Of a stretch of DNA of 64,000 nucleotides, positions 19,152-28,444 are shown in pieces. Both the position numbers and the translations under genes were made by a program. Source of the stretch: a virus. Every line of letters begins with the position of its first letter. The stretch's first letter is position 1. Location: positions 1-64,000 of IMG/VR virus record IMGVR_UViG_3300034356_001231. One strand, 5' to 3'. The notes under the pieces were generated by a model that was not told the origin of the DNA, searched no databases, and saw nothing but the letters and a program-made list of their open reading frames with translations.

Positions 19152-19221
19152 AGACCGTTAGCTCAATGGTAGAGCACCGCATTGTAGTGGTAGGTTCGAG
19201 GTTCGATTCCTCGGCGGTCCA
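19152..19221 (+). pseudogene. Degenerate tRNA / tRNA-like element
   Basis: Canonical D arm (GCTC AATGGTA GAGC) and T arm (CGAGG TTCGATT CCTCG) but irregular anticodon arm. Confidence 0.6.
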
Positions 19222-19239
19222 ATTGAAAAGAGAAACGAT

Positions 19240-19470
19240 ATGATTGATCCAAAAGTGCTTAGAGACGCATCGGAATACCTAAAAGAAATTTATAGTGAAC
19301 CAGATAGAAAGTGTTTAGACATTTTGTATCAGTTTACAAAAGGATCGAATGATGATAGAACCATGATTATCATTCACAAAAGATATGATAAGAACTGGGG
19401 TCAACCAACATCTTATAGTTATCTTGATTTGGCAATATGTGCTGATACATATAGAAGGAAACTTGTCTAA
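19240..19470 (+). CDS. Hypothetical protein
   Basis: ORF track, ATG start. Confidence 0.45.
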   Translation: MIDPKVLRDASEYLKEIYSEPDRKCLDILYQFTKGSNDDRTMIIIHKRYDKNWGQPTSYSYLDLAICADTYRRKLV

Positions 19471-19591
19471 TGAGTAAAGACCTTGTAGAACGACTGCTTC
19501 ATGTATGATGGAATAGTGCTAGTGTTTCACAATGATCGTTATGACCATTGTTGGGACAAACAGTTTACAATAGAAAACTAGTGAGAAAATA

Positions 19592-19828
19592 ATGAAACAC
19601 ACGATTGAACTTGACCATGACCAAAGTGATGCTATTGTCATTGATTCTCTAAAGGAGGCGTATCGACTCAATGCTGATCCGCTCCCCGACGAAGGTGGAG
19701 AGAAGTGGGTTGATGTAGAGTTTCTGGCTGCTATAGATCATGTCCTAGAATATTATCATAACTATGAGCAGAAGAAGTTATGGATTGTTGAAAAAGAATC
19801 GTTTAATAATGGAAAGAGTAACAAATGA
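19592..19828 (+). CDS. Hypothetical protein
   Basis: ORF track, coupled to next gene. Confidence 0.5.
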   Translation: MKHTIELDHDQSDAIVIDSLKEAYRLNADPLPDEGGEKWVDVEFLAAIDHVLEYYHNYEQKKLWIVEKESFNNGKSNK

Positions 19829-19969
19829 ACAACGCTAAGATTGAAGAACTTGCAAAATGGGCTGCTAACAAACTAAACGGTGGCAACTGGTATGATGAAA
19901 AATTCTATCAGTTCGGACACAAAGAAGCATGGATGAATATGATCAAAGAATTGATTGAAAGGTTAGAAG

Positions 19970-20776
19970 ATGAACGACGCTAAAATTATTGCTATTACAC
20001 AACCAACGATAACACTTCCGCCAAGCGATGAATTGTTTGGACAAATCCGCCCTATGACTGCCGAAGAGTTTATCTGTTATACAGCAAGAGTTTCTAATCC
20101 ATCTAATCAGAATAACACACTAACTGCACCTAAACTTCTAAAGTATCTTATCAGAAATCGCCACTGGAGTCCTTTTGAACAAGTATCCATTACCATGGAT
20201 ATTACAACAACCCGAGACATTGCCCATCAGATCATTCGCCATCGTTCATTCTCATTCCAGGAGTTTAGTCAGCGTTATGCCGATCCTACTAAGGACATGC
20301 AGTTTGTGACGAGAGAAGCAAGACTACAGGATGCTAAGAACCGTCAGAATAGTATTGAGACGGATGATGCTGTAAAGTCACAGAATTGGGAGATAAAGCA
20401 ACGCCACATTCAGCATAATGCGGAACAAGCATATCGTTGGGCTATTGAAGAAGGCATTGCCAAAGAACAAGCCAGAGCAATTCTACCAGAAGGTCTAACC
20501 ACAACCCGTCTATATATGGCAGGGACACTTCGTTCTTGGATTCACTATATCGATGTTAGAGCCGAAGCAGGAACACAGAAAGAACACCGTCAGGTTGCTC
20601 TTGCTGCACAGGAAGAGATTCTAAAACACTTCCCGTCATTGAAAGAGTATTGGGTTTCTTCTGTTGCTATGGAATGGGGAAAAGATAGACTGATAACAGA
20701 AGAACCTATTAGTGAGAAAGACGTTAAAGAATGGTATGGCATTTCTGACAAACCTTGGTGGAAGTTTTGGTCATGA
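19970..20776 (+). CDS. thyX: Flavin-dependent thymidylate synthase
   Basis: HWSPFE, RHRSFSFQEFSQRY. Confidence 0.95.
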   Translation: MNDAKIIAITQPTITLPPSDELFGQIRPMTAEEFICYTARVSNPSNQNNTLTAPKLLKYLIRNRHWSPFEQVSITMDITTTRDIAHQIIRHRSFSFQEFSQRYADPTKDMQFVTREARLQDAKNRQNSIETDDAVKSQNWEIKQRHIQHNAEQAYRWAIEEGIAKEQARAILPEGLTTTRLYMAGTLRSWIHYIDVRAEAGTQKEHRQVALAAQEEILKHFPSLKEYWVSSVAMEWGKDRLITEEPISEKDVKEWYGISDKPWWKFWS

Positions 20777-21061
20777 GTAACTATAATCCAGGATTCTATT
20801 GGGTCTTCCAGTATGAGAAATCACAGAAACCAACCATTGCAAAGTTGAAAAAGAACAGTGGTTGGGAATATATGAATAGTGAACATTCAACTAAATGTAT
20901 TAGTAATGCTCCATATAAAGTGATCAATCGTATTGAAGAACCTAAAGACGAGCGAAAATATAGTGATAGCAACTTACTCAAAGACATTCAAGCTATTCAT
21001 GGTAAAGAAGAAGGTCTGAAACAGTATAAACAGATTATGGAAATGGAAAGAAAGATAAAGA

Positions 21062-21373
21062 ATGATGAAACATAAAGAATATACATTTAAAGCAACAATT
21101 ATCGAGACTAAAGAACAACTTGATAATATTATGAAAAGAGACAAGTATCGTAACTGGACCGAAGACGATTTTCTAACTGTAAGCACATTTATGGATAAGA
21201 CAACATTTCAACCGTGGATTGTTCTCGCTCTAAAGAAACCAGGAGTGCCATTTATGGATTGGTTGAAGTTTGCCATGCCTATGGAATTGGCTATAAAAGA
21301 AGATTCAAAAGAAAAAGATGTAATGGATAACTTTGAGATTGAAAAGAAGCCTTGGTGGAGATTTTGGGCATGA
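21062..21373 (+). CDS. Hypothetical protein ending KPWWRFWA
   Basis: ORF track; C-terminal motif shared with ThyX tail. Confidence 0.5.
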   Translation: MMKHKEYTFKATIIETKEQLDNIMKRDKYRNWTEDDFLTVSTFMDKTTFQPWIVLALKKPGVPFMDWLKFAMPMELAIKEDSKEKDVMDNFEIEKKPWWRFWA

Positions 21374-21592
21374 CTAGAAAAACAGGAAACAAATACAAAA
21401 CAGAAACATGTGGTAGATGCGGTCAAGCCCATTCAAACTATTCTGGAAAACTAGATAAAAACGATATTGAATATGTAATATGCGGTGCAACAAATAAAAG
21501 AATGAATGTATCAGGATATGGTATTGAGGGGTTTACTTCAGTTTATCCCACCGAATGGATAAAAGAAAACGACTTTAGAGGGGATTTTGGTA

Positions 21593-21931
21593 ATGAGCAA
21601 GATCGTATTAGTTGAAACAATTTCTATGTTTCGTCACGTTTATGCTATTGAGCTAAACGATGATGAGCCGAATGAATATGCACTTGATGATGTTGTTTAT
21701 GCTACTACTGGTGGTGATTCAAAACTTGAAGAATTTGCACAAGAACATGTTAGTGAGAATATCTTCTCGCATAGGGTCATTTCAGAAGAAGAATATATAA
21801 GGATGTTCGATGAGTTGAATCACTACGCAGCGCCATGGACGCCAGAACAAAAGAAGAAATTTATTTACAAAAAAGAAAATCATAGAGCAGCGGACTTTGG
21901 TCCAGACGTAGGGAAAGAGGTAGTAGAATAA
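21593..21931 (+). CDS. Conserved phage hypothetical protein
   Basis: VLVETISMFRH.Y..E, EF.Q.H..E. Confidence 0.6.
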   Translation: MSKIVLVETISMFRHVYAIELNDDEPNEYALDDVVYATTGGDSKLEEFAQEHVSENIFSHRVISEEEYIRMFDELNHYAAPWTPEQKKKFIYKKENHRAADFGPDVGKEVVE

Positions 21932-21943
21932 AATGAGGCTGGC

Positions 21944-22019
21944 ACTAAATAGTAATAATGTCCGTCGCGGAACGCCAATTCCCACGGACTCTAACGCTAA
22001 TTGGGAGCGCCAGCCTATG
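21944..22019 (+). promoter_or_regulatory. Late promoter plus structured RNA leader of HNH gene (copy A)
   Basis: ACTAAATA, then hairpin GTCCGT-C-G-C-GGAA-CGCCAA-TTCC-C-ACGGAC and RBS hairpin CGCT/AGCG; homologous to 47845-47915. Confidence 0.75.
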
Positions 22020-22637
22020 ACTATTTATCGTCGTATTTACGAACAACATTTTGGGCCTATTCCAAGAGATGAGGATGGGAGAACCTATGACGTACATCAT
22101 ATTGACGGAAACCGTAAGAATAACGATCCGTCAAATTTAGTTGCTCTAAGTATCAAAGAACATTATAAAGTCCATCATGAGCAGGGAGATTATGGTGCAG
22201 CTTTGAGAATTATTGCACGTATGAGAGTCCCACCAGAATTACTATCAGAACTTGGTAGAAAGAATGTAGAAGATCAGGTTGCAAAAGGAAAGCATCCTTT
22301 TCTTGGCGGAGAAGTTCAAAGAAAAAGCAATATAAAAAGAATTGAAGAAGGAACTCACAATTTTCTAGAAGAGGGATTTTCTTCAAAATATAATAGGAAA
22401 AGAGTTGAAGAGGGAACGCACAATCTTTTAGGCGAAAACAATCCAGTGCATAAAAAGATAGCGGCAGGAACCCATCATTTTCAGAATAAAGAATGGCACG
22501 AACAAAAGATGAAAAAGATTTTTGTTGAAGGTAAACATCCTTCACAAATAAAGAAATCTTGTCCTCATTGTGGAAATTTGTTTAGTGTGAATACCTTTAT
22601 CAAACACGTAAACGCATGTAAGAGCAGGAGCGAATAA
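22017..22637 (+). mobile_element. Free-standing HNH homing endonuclease
   Basis: DVHHIDGNRKNNDPSNL..EH..H; repeated GTHNFL/GKHPF modules; CPHC; immediately upstream of RNR. Confidence 0.85.
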
Positions 22638-24538
22638 TGGTAGATATGAATGTTTATCAACAGTATATTTTTAAGTCTAGATATTCTAGATACTTACCAG
22701 AAAAGAATCGTCGTGAGCATTGGGATGAAACTGTTGATAGATATATCAACTTTATGGTTGATAAGATCAAAGAAAAGCAGAATTATGAATTAGATGAAAA
22801 GACAAAAAAAGAATTACGTGATGCTATTTATAATTTAGAGGTCATGCCAAGTATGCGTAGTTTGATGACTGCTGGTAAGGCTCTTGATCGAGATAATGTT
22901 GCTGGTTATAATTGTTCGTATCTACCAATTGATGATCCTAAAGCATTCGATGAAGCAATGTGCATTCTTATGAATGGCACTGGTGTTGGATTTTCTGTTG
23001 AACGTCAGTATGTAAATAAGCTACCAGAAATTCCAGATCAGCTTTATGATTGTGATACTATTATCACAGTTCGTGATTCTAAGGAAGGTTGGTCAAAAGC
23101 ATTGCGTATGCTTATCTCATTGCTTTATGCTGGCGAAGTTCCAAAGTGGGATCTATCTAATCTACGACCAGCTGGTGCACCGCTGAAGACATTTGGTGGC
23201 CGTTCTTCTGGTCCAGAACCGCTAAATGATTTATTTAAGTTTGTTATCCGTATCTTTAAAAACGCACATGGTCGTAAGTTGACTTCTCTAGAGTGTCACG
23301 ATATTATGTGTAAGATCGGTGAAGTTGTTGTCGTCGGAGGCGTACGCCGATCCGCAATGATTAGTTTATCTAATCTCTCTGACGACCGCATGCGTCACGC
23401 AAAAGCAGGACAGTGGTGGGAAGCAAATGTTCAAAGAGCTCTATCAAACAATTCAGCAGTATATACCGAAAAGCCTGATGTCGGGCAGTTCATGGCAGAA
23501 TGGCTCGCGATCTATGAATCGAAGTCGGGCGAAAGAGGAATCTTTAGTCGAGACGCATCTCAGAGAGTGGCACGCAAAAACGGTAGAAGAGACCCATCTT
23601 TTGAATTCGGAACTAATCCCTGCTCTGAAATTATCTTGCGCCCTTATCAATTCTGTAACCTTACAGAAGTCGTTATACGAGACAGTGATACTGAAAATAG
23701 TTTGTCAAAGAAGATTAAGATTGCAACAATACTTGGTACATTTCAGTCAACTATGACATACTTCCCATATCTACGTAAGGTATGGCAGAAAAATACAGAA
23801 GAAGAAAGACTACTAGGCGTATCATTCACTGGTATCTATGATAATCCTTTGATGAACGATTACAATGATCCTGAGTTGCCTGCACGTCTAGAACGTCTAC
23901 GTCAGGTTGCTATTGATACGAATAAGGAATGGAGCGAGAAACTTGGAATTAATCAGTCAGTAGCTATTACCTGCGTTAAACCATCAGGAACAGTCAGTCA
24001 ATTGGTCCTTAGTCCTTCTGGCATTCATCCAGGCCATGATAGGTACTACATCCGCCGTGTGCGCAGCGACAATAAAGACCCACTCACCAATCATCTTATT
24101 TCTGCTGGCGTGCCTCATGAGCCAGACGTTACTAAGCCTCATTCTACTACTGTCTTTAGTTTCCCGATGAGACTACCAGATACTTCAATCACAAGAGAGA
24201 ATGTATCAGCTATTGACCATCTAGAACTTTGGTTGAAGTATCAGCGTCATTGGTGTGAGCATAAACCATCTGTTACTATTAATGTAACGGAAGCAGAATG
24301 GCCACGTGTTGGCGCATGGGTTTATGATCACTTTGATGAAATGTCAGGCGTTTCCTTCCTACCATATGATGGTGGTACATATCGTCAGGCGCCATATGAA
24401 ACCATCACAAAAGAAGAGTATGAAAACACAATCATAAATATTCCGACGACTGTTGATTGGGATAACTTGATTGAAATGGTTGACAACGTAGAAGGCGTTC
24501 AGACATTGGCTTGTAGTGCAGGAAATTGCGAGATATGA
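22637..24538 (+). CDS. nrdJ: Class II (adenosylcobalamin-dependent) ribonucleotide reductase
   Basis: RRSA, TNPCSEI, KPSGT, C-terminal CSAGNCEI; no beta subunit nearby. Confidence 0.9.
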   Translation: MVDMNVYQQYIFKSRYSRYLPEKNRREHWDETVDRYINFMVDKIKEKQNYELDEKTKKELRDAIYNLEVMPSMRSLMTAGKALDRDNVAGYNCSYLPIDDPKAFDEAMCILMNGTGVGFSVERQYVNKLPEIPDQLYDCDTIITVRDSKEGWSKALRMLISLLYAGEVPKWDLSNLRPAGAPLKTFGGRSSGPEPLNDLFKFVIRIFKNAHGRKLTSLECHDIMCKIGEVVVVGGVRRSAMISLSNLSDDRMRHAKAGQWWEANVQRALSNNSAVYTEKPDVGQFMAEWLAIYESKSGERGIFSRDASQRVARKNGRRDPSFEFGTNPCSEIILRPYQFCNLTEVVIRDSDTENSLSKKIKIATILGTFQSTMTYFPYLRKVWQKNTEEERLLGVSFTGIYDNPLMNDYNDPELPARLERLRQVAIDTNKEWSEKLGINQSVAITCVKPSGTVSQLVLSPSGIHPGHDRYYIRRVRSDNKDPLTNHLISAGVPHEPDVTKPHSTTVFSFPMRLPDTSITRENVSAIDHLELWLKYQRHWCEHKPSVTINVTEAEWPRVGAWVYDHFDEMSGVSFLPYDGGTYRQAPYETITKEEYENTIINIPTTVDWDNLIEMVDNVEGVQTLACSAGNCEI

Positions 24539-24903
24539 GCGAAGAATGGAAAGACGGATACAAACAAGGTTTCCAAGATGGCATGGAAATAGGAAAATTA
24601 TGGAGGGACCAGATGGTCCCTCCACCTTCTGTTGGTCGATTAGACTATGGCGAACAGAAATGTAAAGTCTGTGGAATGTCTTTCACTGATAGTCTTGGTA
24701 GATTGAAACCTATGGGATATGTTTGTTCGCATAACAATTGTCCTAGTAGAATTACTTGTAACACAAGCCAACCATATAATTCTTCATGGTCTACTTCTAT
24801 GGCTGCATCTTTAATAAAAGATCCTGGTCCTAGTGATGGTATGTCTTATGAGGAAATTTATGGTTCAGTAATTTATCAACAAAATAAAAATAAGGAAGAA
24901 TAA
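24535..24903 (+). CDS. Hypothetical protein with CxxC..CxxxxC
   Basis: ORF coupled to nrdJ stop. Confidence 0.5.
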   Translation: MSEEWKDGYKQGFQDGMEIGKLWRDQMVPPPSVGRLDYGEQKCKVCGMSFTDSLGRLKPMGYVCSHNNCPSRITCNTSQPYNSSWSTSMAASLIKDPGPSDGMSYEEIYGSVIYQQNKNKEE

Positions 24904-25092
24904 ATGAAGGTTGACGCAGAATTATTCGATCTTTGTAGAGAATTTATAAAAGAACATAAAATTGAATGTGCAGAAGACATCTATCAGACAGATAGCGTGT
25001 CTGAATATTCTTTAGAATTTATTGAATCAATCTGTGAATTAATTGGTTATCATGAAGAAGAAGAAATAGAAGACGAAGAATACGAAGATTGA
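24904..25092 (+). CDS. Small acidic protein
   Basis: ORF with AAGGA RBS. Confidence 0.5.
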   Translation: MKVDAELFDLCREFIKEHKIECAEDIYQTDSVSEYSLEFIESICELIGYHEEEEIEDEEYED

Positions 25093-25316
25093 TACGTATT
25101 GATCCTCCTATACCTTTGTTAACACCAAAGGGCAAAGCATTAGCGCATTTTCTTATTGATTATGGGTTTGAGCACGATTTATATTGGGTTTGTTTTCAAG
25201 AAGAAACTGGTGAATGTTGGACTTGGAATAATAAAGATATAAGAGCGCAAAAGAATATTACGGCTGGTAGGATAAATATCCCGAAGGAGATTCGGGATGT
25301 GGACTTACAAAGGTGA
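25089..25316 (+). CDS. Conserved phage hypothetical protein
   Basis: TPKG.A.A.FLIDYG.E.DL.WVCF..TGECW. Confidence 0.6.
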   Translation: MIRIDPPIPLLTPKGKALAHFLIDYGFEHDLYWVCFQEETGECWTWNNKDIRAQKNITAGRINIPKEIRDVDLQR

Positions 25317-25695
25317 AATCTTAGAAGATATACCAGAAGGCTATGTTGGAATGGTTTATATGATCACCAACATAGCCACTAATAAAAAGTATATCGGCAA
25401 AAAGATTTTTCATTTTACTAAAACAAAACAAGTAAAAGGTAAAAAGAAAAGATCTAAAGTTGAAAGCGACTGGAAAAATTATTATGGCTCCAACAAAGAA
25501 CTCAATGAGCATGTGGAGTTGTTTGGAGTCAACAACTTTAAAAGAGAAATTCTGCATCTCTGTGTCAATAAATCTCAAATGTCTTATCTAGAATTACGAG
25601 AACAGATAGATCGTAGAGTATTGGAAACAGAAGAGTATTATAACGAATGGATCTCTGCGAAAGTTCGTAAAACAAAACACTTGACTAATCTATAA
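25297..25695 (+). CDS. Stand-alone GIY-YIG nuclease
   Basis: GMVYMITN..KYIGKK, W..YYGS, FKREIL, YYNEWI. Confidence 0.8.
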   Translation: MWTYKGEILEDIPEGYVGMVYMITNIATNKKYIGKKIFHFTKTKQVKGKKKRSKVESDWKNYYGSNKELNEHVELFGVNNFKREILHLCVNKSQMSYLELREQIDRRVLETEEYYNEWISAKVRKTKHLTNL

Positions 25696-25708
25696 AATAT
25701 AGTATAAT
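25680..25708 (+). promoter_or_regulatory. Sigma70-like early promoter
   Basis: CTTGAC-N17-TATAAT. Confidence 0.7.
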
Positions 25709-25734
25709 TGGATTATTAACAATGGAGGTGTTAT

Positions 25735-25833
25735 ATGGCATGGCCACATAAGAATCGTCCTCGTAAGGGACGTAGAAAGATCGGCTCTCAGAAACGTAAG
25801 GCACGTCGCCTAAAGGGTCGTAAGCGTAAGTAA
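25735..25833 (+). CDS. 32-aa highly basic peptide
   Basis: GGAGGTG RBS; MAWPHKNRPRKGRRKIGSQKRKARRLKGRKRK; below ORF-track cutoff. Confidence 0.7.
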   Translation: MAWPHKNRPRKGRRKIGSQKRKARRLKGRKRK

Positions 25834-25855
25834 TAAAATTGAAAGGTGAATAAGT

Positions 25856-26143
25856 ATGAATAAGTTTTTCCTAACAGCAGCATTTGTTCTCGGTCTATCT
25901 GGCTCTGCATTTGCTCTGCATACCCACGATGAGACACACAACGGTAAGACTGTTGCTGTTCCTGGCGCAACTAAGAGCAATGGCGTTTACGCTCCAGCAG
26001 CGCAGTATACTCCGCACGGTCTAGTTGTGACTGCTCCTCCAGGCGCTGACGTTGATGTTGATAACGATGGTAGTGATATTTCAATTGATATTACTCCAAA
26101 GGGCAAGCGTGGCCTTCTTGGGCTTGGCGTTCTAGGTCTATAA
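25856..26143 (+). CDS. Exported protein
   Basis: Signal peptide MNKFFLTAAFVLGLSGSAFA. Confidence 0.6.
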   Translation: MNKFFLTAAFVLGLSGSAFALHTHDETHNGKTVAVPGATKSNGVYAPAAQYTPHGLVVTAPPGADVDVDNDGSDISIDITPKGKRGLLGLGVLGL

Positions 26144-26145
26144 CA

Positions 26146-26604
26146 ATGAAAAAGCTGAATCTGAATGAAGTAAAAGAATTCATTGTCAATACATCATTGT
26201 CAACTAAAATTTACATCGGTTCAGATTCAGCACGTCATCGTAAGGGTGATGTTTGGTTTGCTGAATACTGTACTGTTATAGTTGTTCACTATGATGGTAA
26301 ACATGGTTGTAAAGTTTTCGGTGAGTTAGAAACCGAAAGAGATTATGACCAGAGGAAAGACAAACCACGCATGCGTCTCATGAATGAAGTAATGAGAACT
26401 GCGCAGATGTATCTTGAACTTGAAGAAGCTATTGGCGATAGACAAGTTGAAATACATCTGGACATCAACCCTAACGAAAAGCATGGTTCATCATGTGTCA
26501 TTAGTGAAGCAGTAGGTTATATCAAAGGAATGTGTAACGTAGTACCTTTCGTAAAACCAAAAGCATTTGCTGCTTCTATTGCAGCTGATAGGCTGCTCGC
26601 GTAG
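26146..26604 (+). CDS. RNase H-like YkuK-family protein
   Basis: IYIGSDS, EIHLDIN, KP.AFAAS.AAD. Confidence 0.8.
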   Translation: MKKLNLNEVKEFIVNTSLSTKIYIGSDSARHRKGDVWFAEYCTVIVVHYDGKHGCKVFGELETERDYDQRKDKPRMRLMNEVMRTAQMYLELEEAIGDRQVEIHLDINPNEKHGSSCVISEAVGYIKGMCNVVPFVKPKAFAASIAADRLLA

Positions 26605-26612
26605 CCTATCTT

Positions 26613-26689
26613 GGGGATGTAGAACAATTGGTTAGTTCCCGCTGCTCATAACAGCGTGGTTGCAGGTTCGAGTCCTGCCATCCCTACCA
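26613..26689 (+). tRNA. tRNA with CAT anticodon (Met or Ile2)
   Basis: Full cloverleaf, CGCTG-CTCATAA-CAGCG, encoded CCA. Confidence 0.85.
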
Positions 26690-26707
26690 TTTCCGAAAGG
26701 TTTTATT

Positions 26708-27061
26708 ATGAATTGTTTGATCCCATTTTTGTGCGCATTAGTTATGAATGCGCCAGATAATAATCATAAATCTAAATATATAAATAAACATTACCAGGGT
26801 GGCGGACATAACGCCTCTTGGTATAACGACCGGAGCGGACGGACAGCATCCGGCATGCGTCATCACTATGGTGTTGCGCATAGAACTCTACCATTTGGAA
26901 CAACAGTTTGCATTAGCAATCCTGCAAATGGTAGATCAGTAGAAGCCGTTGTAACCGATAGAGGGCCATTCGTCAGAGGAAGAACTATTGACGTCAATCA
27001 AAACGTGGCTCGTGCCCTTGGTTTCCGAGGAACCGCACATCTAAATTACCATCCGTGTTAA
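26708..27061 (+). CDS. RlpA-like (DPBB) lytic transglycosylase
   Basis: ASWY..TASG..AHRTLPFGT..V.DRGPF..R.ID. Confidence 0.85.
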   Translation: MNCLIPFLCALVMNAPDNNHKSKYINKHYQGGGHNASWYNDRSGRTASGMRHHYGVAHRTLPFGTTVCISNPANGRSVEAVVTDRGPFVRGRTIDVNQNVARALGFRGTAHLNYHPC

Positions 27062-27097
27062 GGGTCGGTTGCACATAACAGAAAGGTAAATCCCAAA

Positions 27098-27619
27098 ATG
27101 AAGAAGATTATTTTTGCTGCTGTGACAGCAGTAGCTATGCTTGCGATTAGCAGCACAGCTGAAGCACGTCGCTACAGCCAGAATACTCAGTATTCGCAAC
27201 ACGAAGAGGTAGACTTTGATCCCATTGGCTCTCTCTTCGGAGGAAGTAATTGGAGTGTAACACCACAATTCCGATTACATCCAAAACATGCTGTCTATCA
27301 TAACAGCCGTTACCACACTTACTCTCATCATTTTTCTGGCAATATGTCAAGATCAATTGTATCTTATGGTCATATGCTTCAGAATATGGGACTGAGAGTA
27401 TCCGAACATCCAGCATTCGGTGGCGTTCACCATGTTCATCATGGTCATGCGCATTATGCTGGACGTGCGATCGACGTTAATGTTGGTCGTGGCGTATATG
27501 AAGCACATTCCGGCTATGCTCATAAGTTTGATGCTATTGCAGCACGAGCAAGAGCAGCTGGCTATACAGTACTTTGGCGTGTGGCTGGTCATTTCAACCA
27601 CATGCACATTCAGAAGTAA
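27098..27619 (+). CDS. Exported His-rich protein, peptidase M15-like fold
   Basis: Signal peptide; H..GRAIDV and HxxHMH metal-binding motifs. Confidence 0.55.
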   Translation: MKKIIFAAVTAVAMLAISSTAEARRYSQNTQYSQHEEVDFDPIGSLFGGSNWSVTPQFRLHPKHAVYHNSRYHTYSHHFSGNMSRSIVSYGHMLQNMGLRVSEHPAFGGVHHVHHGHAHYAGRAIDVNVGRGVYEAHSGYAHKFDAIAARARAAGYTVLWRVAGHFNHMHIQK

Positions 27620-27628
27620 TATAAGTAT

Positions 27629-27657
27629 AAGGGTGGCAATGTCCGTGCCACCCTTTT
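27629..27657 (+). terminator. Rho-independent terminator
   Basis: GGGTGGCA..TGCCACCC-TTTT. Confidence 0.7.
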
Positions 27658-27660
27658 ATC

Positions 27661-28239
27661 ATGGAGGCAAACTTGAACGTAGAAAAAGAGGATAAAAATA
27701 TAGAAATCCCTAACATTGAAGATCATCACTACCTATTATTCAACTCGATTTTTGACGCAAGTTCAACAGGCGAAGCAATAAAATTTATTCTCGCTCGTAA
27801 TCTTATGAAAAAAGATCGCCCAAAATTCATGAAGATGATCATAAATTCTCCAGGCGGCGAAGTCCCTTCAGCCTTTGCGTTAATTGATACGTTAAAAGGT
27901 TCAAAGATTCCGGTGTATACATATGGACTTGGTGAAATTGCTTCTTGTGGTCTACTTACGTTCATGGCGGGAACGAAAGGACATCGTTACATTACTAGAA
28001 ATACCGCAATTCTTTCCCATCAGTTCTCATGGGGAACTATTGGCAAAGAACACGAGTTACATGCATCAGTAAAAGAATTTAATAACACCAGTCAACGTAT
28101 TATAGATCATTATAAAAAATGCACTGGCCAGACTGAAGCGACTATCAAGAAATATCTATTACCACCAGAAGATGTTTGGTTAACGCCCAAGGAGGCAGTG
28201 AAGTATGGTATCGCAGACCAAATTGTGGATTTTTACTGA
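27661..28239 (+). CDS. clpP: ClpP-like protease subunit
   Basis: INSPGG, IAS(C)G, LSHQ, D.WL...EA.KYG.AD. Confidence 0.85.
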   Translation: MEANLNVEKEDKNIEIPNIEDHHYLLFNSIFDASSTGEAIKFILARNLMKKDRPKFMKMIINSPGGEVPSAFALIDTLKGSKIPVYTYGLGEIASCGLLTFMAGTKGHRYITRNTAILSHQFSWGTIGKEHELHASVKEFNNTSQRIIDHYKKCTGQTEATIKKYLLPPEDVWLTPKEAVKYGIADQIVDFY

Positions 28240-28444
28240 GTGGGCAGCAACCTTAATACTAATCATTGGCGTTGCTCTTACATCATGGAACATATATCCA
28301 GCTAACATATATATTAGTGCACTAGGTAATTTTTTATGGTTACTTATGGCATTGTATTGGAAAAAGTGGTCTTTGATTGTTATTCAAGTATTCATACTGT
28401 TAATATATACAGGTGGTGTAATTAAAGTTTTTATGGGAGTATAA
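28205..28444 (+). CDS. Small three-helix membrane protein
   Basis: Hydrophobic throughout; W...ALYWKKWSL; start uncertain. Confidence 0.55.
   Translation: MVSQTKLWIFTEWAATLILIIGVALTSWNIYPANIYISALGNFLWLLMALYWKKWSLIVIQVFILLIYTGGVIKVFMGV

Noticed and set aside
22017-24538. Group I intron or intein in the ribonucleotide reductase
   Set aside because: nrdJ is continuous at a normal 633 aa; the HNH gene is free-standing upstream
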